NCBI GenBank assembly: GCA_963749595.1
Contig: CAVVNJ010000010.1
Location: 65,223-129,222, forward strand
Direction: 5' to 3'
Source: Candidatus Woesebacteria bacterium
Lineage (GTDB): Bacteria; Patescibacteriota; Microgenomatia; UBA1400; UBA1396
Length of the DNA: 64,000 nucleotides
In this document: positions 17,916 through 26,558 of the stretch, piece by piece
Layout of the letters: each line of letters begins with the position of its first letter
How positions within the stretch are numbered: position 1 is the stretch's first letter
Notes under the pieces: generated by a model
Told to the model about the DNA's origin: nothing
Seen by the model: the letters and a program-made list of their open reading frames with translations, nothing else
The model's database searches: none
Translations under genes and position numbers: made by a program

Positions 17916-18689
17916 ATGGGCTCAAATTTTCCCACCCGCCAGGAGTTAATCAGAGAGCATCGGCGTGGTACAGCACGGGAACGCTTGCACGGCCGAATTC
18001 CCAGTGAGTGGCTACGGGCAGCGGTTTATGGCGCCAACGATGGCATCGTCACCACTTTCGCGGTAGTGGCGGGTGCGGCGGGTGCGCAGCTCGGGGTCAG
18101 AGTAATCCTGATTTTGGGCATCGCCAATATGGCTGCCGACGGTCTTTCCATGGCCTTGGGTGATTATCTAGGTTCGTTTGCGGAGATGCGCTACAAACTC
18201 CGCCAACTTGCCCTGGAGAAATGGGAATACCAACAAATACCGGAAGTTGAGCAAGCCGAGATCGTGGCGCAGTACCAAAAACAAGGGTATTCGGCCGCTG
18301 ACTCGCATGCGCTGGTAAAGATTCTGACGAAAAACCCCAAACACTTGATCGAAATGGGTTTCAACCAGGAGATGGGATCGCTGCCGGAAGACCGGCGGTC
18401 AATTTGGCGCACCGGACTAGTTACCTTTTTAGCTTTTGTCGGCGCCGGTTCTCTTCCTCTGGTGCCATACTGGTGGGGAGCCATTTCAGGATTGGAGATC
18501 GCGACCGCTTGGCAGCTGCCAATCTCGGCTTTATCCACCGGAATCGCCCTGTTTGTCACCGGGGCCATCAGAACTTTGATTACCAAAGATTCTTGGCTCA
18601 AAAACGGGCTGCAGGTTCTCGGAATTGGCTCGCTGGCCTCATTGACGGCGTATTTTTTGGGGATTTTTATCGAGAGACTGGTGGGCTAG
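17916..18689 (+). CDS. VIT1/CCC1 family iron/manganese transporter
   Basis: YGANDGIVTTFAVVAGAAGA with C-terminal TM helices. The tgtatact box at 17902-17909 lies 6 nt before the ATG at 17916. Confidence 0.8.
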   Translation: MGSNFPTRQELIREHRRGTARERLHGRIPSEWLRAAVYGANDGIVTTFAVVAGAAGAQLGVRVILILGIANMAADGLSMALGDYLGSFAEMRYKLRQLALEKWEYQQIPEVEQAEIVAQYQKQGYSAADSHALVKILTKNPKHLIEMGFNQEMGSLPEDRRSIWRTGLVTFLAFVGAGSLPLVPYWWGAISGLEIATAWQLPISALSTGIALFVTGAIRTLITKDSWLKNGLQVLGIGSLASLTAYFLGIFIERLVG

Positions 18690-18971
18690 ATGTATCGACT
18701 TTATACTTCGAATACTTGTCCCAAAGGAGTGGCTGCTCAGGATTGGCTGATTTCGCGGGGATTGGAAGCGGCAATTGTTAATTTGGATGCGATGGCTGAT
18801 CAGGTAGCCGAACATAAGTTGCGTCTCTTAATCCGAGGTGCGCTCGGCAACGACGAAGCCGACGTGATTCTGCCGGTTTTATCCAGGTTGGTGGGAAGCG
18901 AGGAACAACTAGAACTGATTGGCTTCGAGCCGAATCGTTGGGAAGAAAAAACGGGGAAACATGAAAATTAA
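18690..18971 (+). CDS. Glutaredoxin/NrdH-like thioredoxin-fold protein (single Cys)
   Basis: MYRLYTSNTCPKGVAAQDWL has CPKG in place of CxxC. Confidence 0.5.
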   Translation: MYRLYTSNTCPKGVAAQDWLISRGLEAAIVNLDAMADQVAEHKLRLLIRGALGNDEADVILPVLSRLVGSEEQLELIGFEPNRWEEKTGKHEN

Positions 18972-19452
18972 ACAACTTTACTCGGGTGCCGATCATGGGG
19001 GTTGGAAAATCAAACAGGAATTATTGGCCTGGTTGGCGGGACCGGTTTCTGCCGCCGGCGAAATTATGGATTTGGGGGCGGATCACTTGGATCCCGATGA
19101 TGACTATCCCTTGTTCGCGAAGGCGGTGTCCAGCCGGGTATCGGAGTCCAGGGAGCCGGTGGATCAGGATCCAACGGTTTGGGGTTTGTTGTTATGCCGC
19201 TCCGGAGCGGGGATGACGATTTTGGCTAACCGCTATCCGTTTGTTCGGGCGGTGGTTTGCCGCTCGGTGGAGGACGCCCGCCACGCCAGAGAGCACAACA
19301 ATGCCAACGTGGTGGTGTTGGAGGGAGATTACATTACACTCGGCGAAGCCCGCGCCGTTATTCAAGCATTTTTGACCACACCATTTGAGGGCGGGCGGCA
19401 CGCCCGCCGCCTACGCCAGATTGAGAAAATTGCCAGAGAAATCAAGTCATGA
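18961..19452 (+). CDS. rpiB: Ribose-5-phosphate isomerase B
   Basis: MKIKQLYSGADHGG...LLCRSGAGMTILANR...NANVVVLEG is RpiB/LacAB-like. Confidence 0.85.
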   Translation: MKIKQLYSGADHGGWKIKQELLAWLAGPVSAAGEIMDLGADHLDPDDDYPLFAKAVSSRVSESREPVDQDPTVWGLLLCRSGAGMTILANRYPFVRAVVCRSVEDARHAREHNNANVVVLEGDYITLGEARAVIQAFLTTPFEGGRHARRLRQIEKIAREIKS

Positions 19453-20108
19453 TTATCCCTGGAATCCTCACCGATCAATTAGCCTCGGCCCGGCAGCAAC
19501 TGGATCAGCTGGCGAAACTTACGCCGCGTCCCGAGGTGGTGCAAATCGACATTGTCGATGGTGAGTTCGCTGACGAGCTAACTATCGATCCGAGTTCTCT
19601 ATCTGAGTTGGATCGACACAATCTTTCCCTAGATCTGCATCTAATGTGCGTAGAGCCAATCTATTCAGTCGAGGAAATGGCGGGGCTTTCCGGTATCCGC
19701 TCGGTAATCGGTCAGGTGGAGCGGATGTCCAGCCAGCGGGAGTTTCTCGAATCGGTTCGCCAGAATCACTGGCTGGCTGGTTTGTCGCTTAACTTGTATA
19801 CGCCGCTGGAAGCGGTCGAGGAAGAAGTTTGGGAGATGGTCGATATTTTACAAATCATGGGCGGAGAAGCCGGTTCGCAGGGGCAAAAGTTTCATCCCTC
19901 GGCTCTGGCTGTGATCCAGGAAGCGGTGCAGAGACGGGAAGAGCTCGCTTTTGACTTTCGCATTATGGTCGATATTGGTTTGCAACCGGAAACGATCGCC
20001 TTAGCTCAAGCGGCCGGAGCCGATGATTTTGTGGTCGGATCGTATTTGACCGAGAATGTCGACCAGCATTGGCAAGAACTGCAAAAAATAGGGAGAGGAC
20101 GATCCTGA
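19449..20108 (+). CDS. rpe: Ribulose-phosphate 3-epimerase-like protein
   Basis: VQIDIVDGEFA and LDLHLMCVEP. Overlaps the rpiB stop. Confidence 0.75.
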   Translation: MIIPGILTDQLASARQQLDQLAKLTPRPEVVQIDIVDGEFADELTIDPSSLSELDRHNLSLDLHLMCVEPIYSVEEMAGLSGIRSVIGQVERMSSQREFLESVRQNHWLAGLSLNLYTPLEAVEEEVWEMVDILQIMGGEAGSQGQKFHPSALAVIQEAVQRREELAFDFRIMVDIGLQPETIALAQAAGADDFVVGSYLTENVDQHWQELQKIGRGRS

Positions 20109-20731
20109 TGACTAAAACCAATCCGATTCGCACCAGCAAGCCGCGCTATTTTCAACGGGTGGCCATCTTTGGTTCGGCCGATATTTCTGAGGGGGACGAG
20201 GCCTATCGCTCGGCTTTCACGGCGGCTCAATTGCTGGCCGGTGAAGGGCGGGAGATTGTTAACGGTGGTGGTCCAGGCATCATGCAGGCCGCTACCGACG
20301 GGGCGCATGCGGCCAACGGCAAAGTGTTCACTATTTCTTTCCAACCGATCGACGCGCCTTTTTTTGAAGGCAAAACCGATTCGAATATTGGTGATCAAGA
20401 CGTCATCGCTGAAAACTATGTTGAACGATTGAATTTGCTGATGGAACATTCCGATGCTTTTGTCATTTTTAAGGGCGGCACCGGTACGCTGAGTGAGTGG
20501 ATGACGGTCTGGCTGATGGCACATATTTATTATGGTCACCACAAACCGTTTGTGCTGTTTGGTTCGTTTTGGCATGAGGTGGTGGCGGTGATGCAAAAAC
20601 ATTTTTATATTGGCAAGCAGGAGCTACGCGTGTTCCGGGTGGCGGACACGCACGCCGATTTGTTGCGGGCGTTTCAAGAATTGGAAGAAGAAATGGAGCT
20701 GATTAAACAGGGGAAAAATAATGTTGTTTGA
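20108..20731 (+). CDS. LOG family (TIGR00730-type) nucleotide-binding protein
   Basis: VAIFGSA...IVNGGGPGIMQAATDGA...FVIFKGGTGTLSE. There is an ATGA overlap at 20106-20110. Confidence 0.8.
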   Translation: MTKTNPIRTSKPRYFQRVAIFGSADISEGDEAYRSAFTAAQLLAGEGREIVNGGGPGIMQAATDGAHAANGKVFTISFQPIDAPFFEGKTDSNIGDQDVIAENYVERLNLLMEHSDAFVIFKGGTGTLSEWMTVWLMAHIYYGHHKPFVLFGSFWHEVVAVMQKHFYIGKQELRVFRVADTHADLLRAFQELEEEMELIKQGKNNVV

Positions 20732-21623
20732 CACGATCTCCATCGGCTCGGCTACACTCGACATTTTTTTGCGGGCGGATAGTTTCGCGGTGAACGAAAA
20801 AAGCGGTAAAGAATTCATTTATATCGAGGAGGGGGCCAAACATAATGTCGACGAGTTTGCCCTGCAATCTGGAGGTGGTGGATCGAACACGGCGGTGGGA
20901 TGGGCGCGGCTCGGTCTCCGAGCCGCGCTGATTGCGGAGGTGGGGAAAGACCTGGCGGCCTCGGTAATTCAACAAGAGTTGGAACGGGAGAAAGTCGACT
21001 TATCATTGTTGGTAAAGGAAAAGAGCGAACATACCGCCGTCTCGGTGCTTCTGATTTCCGGCGATGGGGGGAGAACGGCGATTACGGCCCGCGGCGCAGC
21101 CAACCTTTTGACGGCTTCCGACATCGACTGGGAAAAATTACACACCAACTGGCTCCATCTATCCTCACTGGGTAACAACGAATTAATCGTCCGCGCCGCG
21201 GCTCATTGTCGGGAACACCGGATTCGCTTTTCCTGGAATCCCGGTGGACGGGAATTGGCGGAGCTCGAATCCGGCGCCCTCCACCTCAACGAGGTACGGC
21301 CGACCTTGTTTTATCTGAATGAAGATGAAGCGGTTCGTCTAACCAAGGCTGGCTACCAACTTGAGCAGGGCGGGGAGATCGTGATTGTCACCAATGGGAA
21401 AAAAGGTGGGCGGTGGTATGAACACGGCCAGTGGTTTGAATTCAATGCGCGGGAGACAAAAGTGGTGCAGGAAACTGGTGCCGGCGATGCTTTTTTGACC
21501 GGGGTAGTGGCGGGCTACCTGCATGACCGGCGCACTATCGAGGCAATCGAGTGGGGTAAGTTGGAGGCCGCTTCCGTAGTGCAATACATGGGCGCCAAAA
21601 CCGGGTTGTTGCGGTCTCTCTGA
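20721..21623 (+). CDS. PfkB-family carbohydrate kinase (ribokinase-like)
   Basis: GGGGSNTAVGWARLG and ETGAGDAFLTG motifs. Confidence 0.8.
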   Translation: MLFDTISIGSATLDIFLRADSFAVNEKSGKEFIYIEEGAKHNVDEFALQSGGGGSNTAVGWARLGLRAALIAEVGKDLAASVIQQELEREKVDLSLLVKEKSEHTAVSVLLISGDGGRTAITARGAANLLTASDIDWEKLHTNWLHLSSLGNNELIVRAAAHCREHRIRFSWNPGGRELAELESGALHLNEVRPTLFYLNEDEAVRLTKAGYQLEQGGEIVIVTNGKKGGRWYEHGQWFEFNARETKVVQETGAGDAFLTGVVAGYLHDRRTIEAIEWGKLEAASVVQYMGAKTGLLRSL

Positions 21624-21650
21624 AAACCAAAGGGTCTGCTCTGAATTTAC

Positions 21651-22020
21651 AAAACTCCCCAGGAGACCAATAAGGGGTTTGTTTGCATCCACTCTGGGCA
21701 AACGGCGGCAAAGGTCGATGCTATTTACGATTGATACTCGATTCTCTGTCTGACTGATGCTCGACTTGTTACTTGATCGATATCCCTTTCATGGCCCTAC
21801 GACAATATGTACATATGTACAACAAACTCTAATACTCATTAATAGTGTCTTTCTTTCAAATCAGGATCACCGGACTTAAATTGATCGATCCTTGCCCAGA
21901 CTGGCCAGAAAACGACCCTAAACGACCCCTATTTTGGCCAAAGGGACTCCGAATGATCCCAACAACTGACCCGCTCTCGGCTCATTTAGGGGGTAGTCCG
22001 GGGTGCAAGTTGCCGGGAAG
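21651..22020. repeat. Degenerate copy (A) of the long inverted-repeat intergenic element family
   Basis: Collinear similarity to 50540-50945. Examples: tccactctgggcaaac versus tccacctgggcaaac, and gggggtagtccggggtgcaagttgccgggaag versus gggggacagtttgggaggcaaaatgctgggagg. Confidence 0.5.
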
Positions 22021-22084
22021 ATGTGTTTGCTTCGCGGCCAGGATGATCATAGAAGGTGCCAGACGCGCCGCCGCTTCGCCTTAA

Positions 22085-22093
22085 TGGTATAAT
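22085..22093 (+). promoter_or_regulatory. Extended -10 (TGgTATAAT) 8 nt upstream of the pgk ATG
   Basis: tggtataat at 22085-22093, ATG at 22102. There is no room for an SD, which implies a leaderless transcript. Confidence 0.45.
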
Positions 22094-22101
22094 TACCCGG
22101 T

Positions 22102-23121
22102 ATGTATTTCCTCAAGGCTCTTAATCTCAAAGAAAAACGCGTCCTGTTGCGCCTGGACCTTGATTTGCCGGAAAACGCCGATGGCTTTGATACCACCCGC
22201 CTGGAAGCCGGCGCCGGAACACTGAACTTTATTCTCAAGCGCGGCGCGGCCGCCGTCCACGTTATTGGCCACCGCGGTCGTCCGGATGGTAAAGTCGTCA
22301 AGAAGCTATCGCTTCAGCCTATTACCGATTTGCTAATCGCCATGGTGCCGCAAAAATATCGCGAGAAAGTTACCTTCGGCGACAACCTGCGTTTTGATCC
22401 CGGCGAAGAAAAAAACACCAAAACTTTTGCCAAAACTCTTGCCAAAGGTCACGACATTTACGTTAATGACGCTTTTGCCACTGCCCACCGTGAGCATGCC
22501 TCGATGGTTGCGTTGCCTTACCTTTTGCCCACCGTCATGGGTCGCCAGTTTGAAAAAGAAATCAAGGTTTTGCGCAAGATCGCCCATTCACCCAACCGCC
22601 CGTACACCATCATTCTCGGCGGCGGCAAGGACGACAAACTCGAATACATCGATCGCATGTTTGATAAAGCCAACGTTTTTTTGATTACCGGTGCCTTGGC
22701 CATCAATCGGAAAGAGGAGCTGGAGAAAAAGTACCGCAAAGTGATCGTCGCTGATTTGCTGCCGGATAATCTTGATATGACGCTGGAGTCGCTGGAGCAG
22801 TTTGACCGTTTCATCAAAGCCTCCGAAACCGTGGTCTGGAACGGCCCGGTCGGCAAATACGAAGACAAGATTCATTCGGCCGGAACGATTTTCATTGCCA
22901 ATTCGCTGTCCCGATCCAAGGTTTTCTCGGTTCTCGGCGGTGGCGATACCGAAGCGGCAGTCGACTTGCTCGGCTTTAAACGCGATCAGTTTTCCCACGT
23001 TTCTACCGGCGGCGGCGCCATGATGGAGTTGTTGGCCGATGGCACCCTGGCCGCCTATGAGGCGATCAAGGAGAGCCAAGGCAATTTTGCTTGGGAAAAG
23101 AATTTAGAGTTTGTCCTCTAG
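22102..23121 (+). CDS. pgk: Phosphoglycerate kinase (short form)
   Basis: KRVLLRLDLDLP, IGHRGRPDG, NDAFATAHREHAS and STGGGAMMELL. Confidence 0.9.
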   Translation: MYFLKALNLKEKRVLLRLDLDLPENADGFDTTRLEAGAGTLNFILKRGAAAVHVIGHRGRPDGKVVKKLSLQPITDLLIAMVPQKYREKVTFGDNLRFDPGEEKNTKTFAKTLAKGHDIYVNDAFATAHREHASMVALPYLLPTVMGRQFEKEIKVLRKIAHSPNRPYTIILGGGKDDKLEYIDRMFDKANVFLITGALAINRKEELEKKYRKVIVADLLPDNLDMTLESLEQFDRFIKASETVVWNGPVGKYEDKIHSAGTIFIANSLSRSKVFSVLGGGDTEAAVDLLGFKRDQFSHVSTGGGAMMELLADGTLAAYEAIKESQGNFAWEKNLEFVL

Positions 23122-23145
23122 AACGTTTTCGGTATACTGTGCTTT

Positions 23146-23829
23146 ATGGGGTTGACGGATCGTTTTCCTGACTTTAGGCACCTGATGCGAGAATCGGATA
23201 ACAGACGTCTGTCTGAACTCCCTGTTGAGCCAACTCCACCAACTGCGGAAACAAAGAAGAGAAATGAAGAAGCGGCTCTGTCCCGGGTGGCTCTAGATCT
23301 GGCAAAAGCTACTGCTAAAGCGGTGATGGATTCAAAAGATTTCTATCTTGTTTCTGGATTGGGAGTCAAGCATTACCGCAGTAGACTGCACCCAGACCTA
23401 CAGTTTACCATTGATAATGAAATCGGAGGATCCGGGAGTCAATATCAAATAGAATTTGTCTTTCCGACGATAGATTTTCTGAATAATGATGAGGTGTGGG
23501 GAAAAGAATATTCAAGATCGAGGTATACTTTTCGCAGCACAGGTAATGGACTGAAAGCTAAGCATTGGGAAAGATTGAGAAGACATTATTTATCAAAAGA
23601 TATGTATAAAAAACTGCCAAATGTGAAGAATGAGATTGGAAAGCAGGGTAAGGCTCCTTTTCTCAGTCCAGAAGAGGCAAAAAAGGCAACCACTGGTTTG
23701 TCCATGGATTTAGACCCGATTGAAAGTGCCGTTTGGGATAAGGGGGAAACAACTGATTCTAGGCGAGTACTCGATGATTTACAGCGGGATGCTACCCAGT
23801 TAATGGGATATTTAAAACCACAAGGCTGA
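23146..23829 (+). CDS. Hypothetical protein (AT-richer insert between pgk and gap)
   Basis: 227-aa ORF. A tatact box at 23133-23138 lies 7 nt before the ATG. No recognised motif. Confidence 0.6.
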   Translation: MGLTDRFPDFRHLMRESDNRRLSELPVEPTPPTAETKKRNEEAALSRVALDLAKATAKAVMDSKDFYLVSGLGVKHYRSRLHPDLQFTIDNEIGGSGSQYQIEFVFPTIDFLNNDEVWGKEYSRSRYTFRSTGNGLKAKHWERLRRHYLSKDMYKKLPNVKNEIGKQGKAPFLSPEEAKKATTGLSMDLDPIESAVWDKGETTDSRRVLDDLQRDATQLMGYLKPQG

Positions 23830-23878
23830 AACCCAACAGCCTTGAATTTTCTCTCAATCTTTGACACCATGCCCCCAT

Positions 23879-24925
23879 ATGGCAAAAATCGCAATTAACG
23901 GCTTCGGCCGCATCGGACGCACGGCTTTTCGAGTTTGGTATGAGCGTTTCCGCGATACGAGCGAGCTGGCGGTGATTAACACCTCCGGTTCCGCCGATAT
24001 CGAAACCTGGGCGCATCTACTCAAGTACGACACCAACTATGGCGTCTGGCCTTTTAGTGTCGTGGCCAAAAAGATCCGCGCCGCCAAAGAAGTAACTGAT
24101 ACCGACATCGAGATCGGCACGATTGAAATCGACGGCCGCTCGATTCTGGTCACGGCCCAACGCGATCCGGCCAAGATTCCCTGGGCCAAGTATGGTGTGG
24201 AGAATATTATCGAGTGTACCGGTGTTTTTCTGACGCAGGAAAAGGCCAATCTCCATTTGGTAGGCGGCGCCAAGGCGGTAGTGCTGTCCGCTCCGGCCAA
24301 GGACGCTAGCATTGCGACGGTAGTTCGCGGCGTTTCGGCCGAGGGGCAGAAGCCGGCCAACGGCATCGTGTCCAATGCCTCCTGCACCACCAACTGTGTA
24401 ACGCCGGTGGCGGCGATCATGCAGCAAGCTTTTGGGATCGAGAAAGCGTTGATGACTACGATTCATGCCTACACCGATGATCAGAATTTGACGGATAACT
24501 CGCACAAAGATCTGCGCCGGGCCCGCAGTGCGGCGCGCAACATTGTGCCCACTACTACCGGGGCGGCCAAGACCACGGGTGAAGTTATTCCGGAATTAAA
24601 GGGCATCTTTGATGGTTTGTCGATTCGCGTGCCGGTTTCTGTTGGGTCGTTATCGGATATGGTATTCGTTACCAAACGCCCGACGACGGCGGAAGAAGTG
24701 AACCAGGTTTTTGCCGCCGCTGCCGGTTCTGAGCGCTGGAAGGGGATTTTGGCCGTCAGCACCGACCCAATTGTCTCGCAGGACATTGTCGGCCGGAGCG
24801 AATCGGCGATTGTCGACTTACCACTGACCCAAGTCATTGGCGGTAACCTAGTGAAGGTTATCGCTTGGTACGACAACGAGTGGGGTTACTGCAACCGCTT
24901 GGTTGAGGTCGCGGTCGCGCTATAA
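23879..24925 (+). CDS. gap: Glyceraldehyde-3-phosphate dehydrogenase
   Basis: MAKIAINGFGRIGR, active site SNASCTTNC, and WYDNEWGY. Confidence 0.95.
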   Translation: MAKIAINGFGRIGRTAFRVWYERFRDTSELAVINTSGSADIETWAHLLKYDTNYGVWPFSVVAKKIRAAKEVTDTDIEIGTIEIDGRSILVTAQRDPAKIPWAKYGVENIIECTGVFLTQEKANLHLVGGAKAVVLSAPAKDASIATVVRGVSAEGQKPANGIVSNASCTTNCVTPVAAIMQQAFGIEKALMTTIHAYTDDQNLTDNSHKDLRRARSAARNIVPTTTGAAKTTGEVIPELKGIFDGLSIRVPVSVGSLSDMVFVTKRPTTAEEVNQVFAAAAGSERWKGILAVSTDPIVSQDIVGRSESAIVDLPLTQVIGGNLVKVIAWYDNEWGYCNRLVEVAVAL

Positions 24926-24931
24926 AGTTTT

Positions 24932-24982
24932 CCCTGGAAGGTCAAACCTTCCAGGGGTAAGTTTGAACAAGGTCAGACCTTA
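24932..24982. repeat. REP-like element copies after gap (likely terminator)
   Basis: Perfect palindrome ccctggaaggtcaaaccttccaggg at 24932-24956, plus aaggtcagacctta at 24969-24982. Confidence 0.75.
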
Positions 24983-25009
24983 CTCTTGATTCCTGTATAC
25001 TGAAACTTA

Positions 25010-25978
25010 ATGCGCCTGAAATTTCTTGTTTTTCTGGTTCTGTTTTTGGTCATCGGCGGTCTCGGCGCCTATCTTTGGTACCGTCGCTTTCGCCCCATCA
25101 CGCCCTATCCTGATTTTCAGCCGCCGATTGCCTACCGCGCCGATCCCTCCCAGTTGGTCCAAAGAATCGACGAGCTGACTAATCCCTTTCTCACCCCACC
25201 CTGTTTTGTCACCGCCACCAATACTTGTCAGTTAATCTTTATCCACCCGCCGGAATACGGAGAGAACAGATTGGAAATTCGTTCGTTTAAGGCCGCGCAA
25301 CAATCTGGCCCGACTCAATTTTTGCCTTTTGGCCAAATGTTGGTGGCCCGTAATGCTTTAACCCAACATTATTTGGACACACTGATCGGCGGCGCGGCCA
25401 GTCAGCCCTATCTGGATTTTGTTCATCAACTCCCCGGAGAGGCGGCCACCCAACAGCTTAACCCCAGTTTTATCTATGCGGTTTACGAGCATCTGTTTGC
25501 TGTCACCAGTGAAAGCCCAATCAACTCACCCCTCGCGCCGCCGGAGCTGTCGGTGCAAAAAATTGGCGAGAGTTATCAGGAGGGCAGCAACTTGTTGGCC
25601 GTGCCTGGCAGCGCCGATATTTTAATTGCTGCCCTGCAAAACAAGGACTGGTCCCCGGAAGCCAAAGCCTTAACCTACGCGCTGGCCAAGAACCTGGCGC
25701 CGGAAGTGGTGATTAAGTTTTTGGCGGAAGAGGGAGCGCTGGAGCGGCGTTATTTGGCAACCTTTGCCCCGCCAGAACTGGAATCGGTCAAGCGAGTCGA
25801 ATACGCCGGTGCCGCGGTTGGCTTGACTCAGCTCTATTCCGACGAGAATAAATCTTGGCAAGTTGCCCTGTGTCGAAATGGTTTGGCTCAGGCTTGTCGA
25901 GTTGAGGACGAGGCCTTGTTGTGTTCACCAGTGCCGCAGTTTAATGAGGATTGCCGGTTGAACCTGCTGGATTTGTAG
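25010..25978 (+). CDS. Hypothetical membrane-anchored protein
   Basis: N-terminal TM segment FLVFLVLFLVIGGLGAYLW. The tgtatact box at 24994-25001 lies 8 nt before the ATG. Confidence 0.65.
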   Translation: MRLKFLVFLVLFLVIGGLGAYLWYRRFRPITPYPDFQPPIAYRADPSQLVQRIDELTNPFLTPPCFVTATNTCQLIFIHPPEYGENRLEIRSFKAAQQSGPTQFLPFGQMLVARNALTQHYLDTLIGGAASQPYLDFVHQLPGEAATQQLNPSFIYAVYEHLFAVTSESPINSPLAPPELSVQKIGESYQEGSNLLAVPGSADILIAALQNKDWSPEAKALTYALAKNLAPEVVIKFLAEEGALERRYLATFAPPELESVKRVEYAGAAVGLTQLYSDENKSWQVALCRNGLAQACRVEDEALLCSPVPQFNEDCRLNLLDL

Positions 25979-25985
25979 AAATCCC

Positions 25986-25994
25986 TGCTATAAT
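25986..25994 (+). promoter_or_regulatory. Consensus extended -10 (TGcTATAAT) with no ORF start at leaderless distance
   Basis: tgctataat at 25986-25994. The downstream 120 nt are stem-rich and end in a T7 run. Confidence 0.4.
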
Positions 25995-26000
25995 ATTAGA

Positions 26001-26122
26001 CGGAGCGATCTCGTCAACCGAGACCGACGCGCATGGGATAACTCGTTACCCGGCCGTAGTGCGCTCCCTCTTGAAGGGGGCAGGCTTCACCCTCCCCGAA
26101 ATCCTGATTTATCTGTTTTTTT
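26001..26122 (+). other. Candidate structured RNA / 5' leader (unclassified)
   Basis: Closing helix ggagcg...cgctcc, internal hairpin ctcg-tcaac-cgag, a G/C-rich 3' stem region, then ctgttttttt at 26113-26122. Confidence 0.2.
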
Positions 26123-26148
26123 CTTGTACCACTTGGTGCACGATTATT

Positions 26149-26256
26149 ATGCTGGAGACGGCACTGTTTGGTTTTCCGTATTTCTCGAGCTTTGCCGTGA
26201 TTCTGGGGGCAACGCTGTGGTTTAATTGGCGGAAGTTTGCCAAAAATAGGAAATAA
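26149..26256 (+). CDS. Possible 35-aa single-TM peptide
   Basis: MLETALFGFPYFSSFAVILGATLWFNWRKFAKNRK, the 3' part of ORF 25951-26256. Confidence 0.3.
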   Translation: MLETALFGFPYFSSFAVILGATLWFNWRKFAKNRK

Positions 26257-26297
26257 TCATTGTTTTTCTAATAGTTTTATACTACAATTGGGCAACT

Positions 26298-26558
26298 ATG
26301 AATAAAGTTCAGCTTTCTCTCACTAACGAAGAAGTAGCGATTCTCAGCAGTTTTGGGAGCCAATTTGGTTATTCGTTGCCAAAAACCATCCGTTTTGTCA
26401 TTAGTCGATCGGTTGAGGAATTTGTCGACAAGGGTCTAGTGCCAGAGTTTCCGATGAGCGAGGCAACGGAGAAGATTGGTCAATTAGCCCTAGCCGAGCA
26501 TCAGAGCGGGCTAACCAAGAAGATTGACAGTATTAGTGATTTTATGAATCAACTATGA
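26298..26558 (+). CDS. Putative antitoxin of the RelE/ParE-type pair
   Basis: 86 aa. It overlaps the toxin gene by 4 nt (ATGA), the typical type II TA organisation. Confidence 0.6.
   Translation: MNKVQLSLTNEEVAILSSFGSQFGYSLPKTIRFVISRSVEEFVDKGLVPEFPMSEATEKIGQLALAEHQSGLTKKIDSISDFMNQL

Noticed and set aside
21845-22084. ORF-track ORFs inside the repeat elements (21845-22084, 32221-32970 set, 50444-50635, 50761-51000).
   Set aside because: They are short, overlap on both strands, lack starts with promoter or RBS context, and resemble each other only where the underlying DNA repeat is shared.
26020-26070. Superficial resemblance of gaccgacgcgc...tacccggccgtagtgcgc to the guanidine-III (ykkC-III) riboswitch.
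   Set aside because: Only short words match. The downstream ORF is not an SugE/Gdx-type transporter. The call cannot be supported without a covariance-model search.
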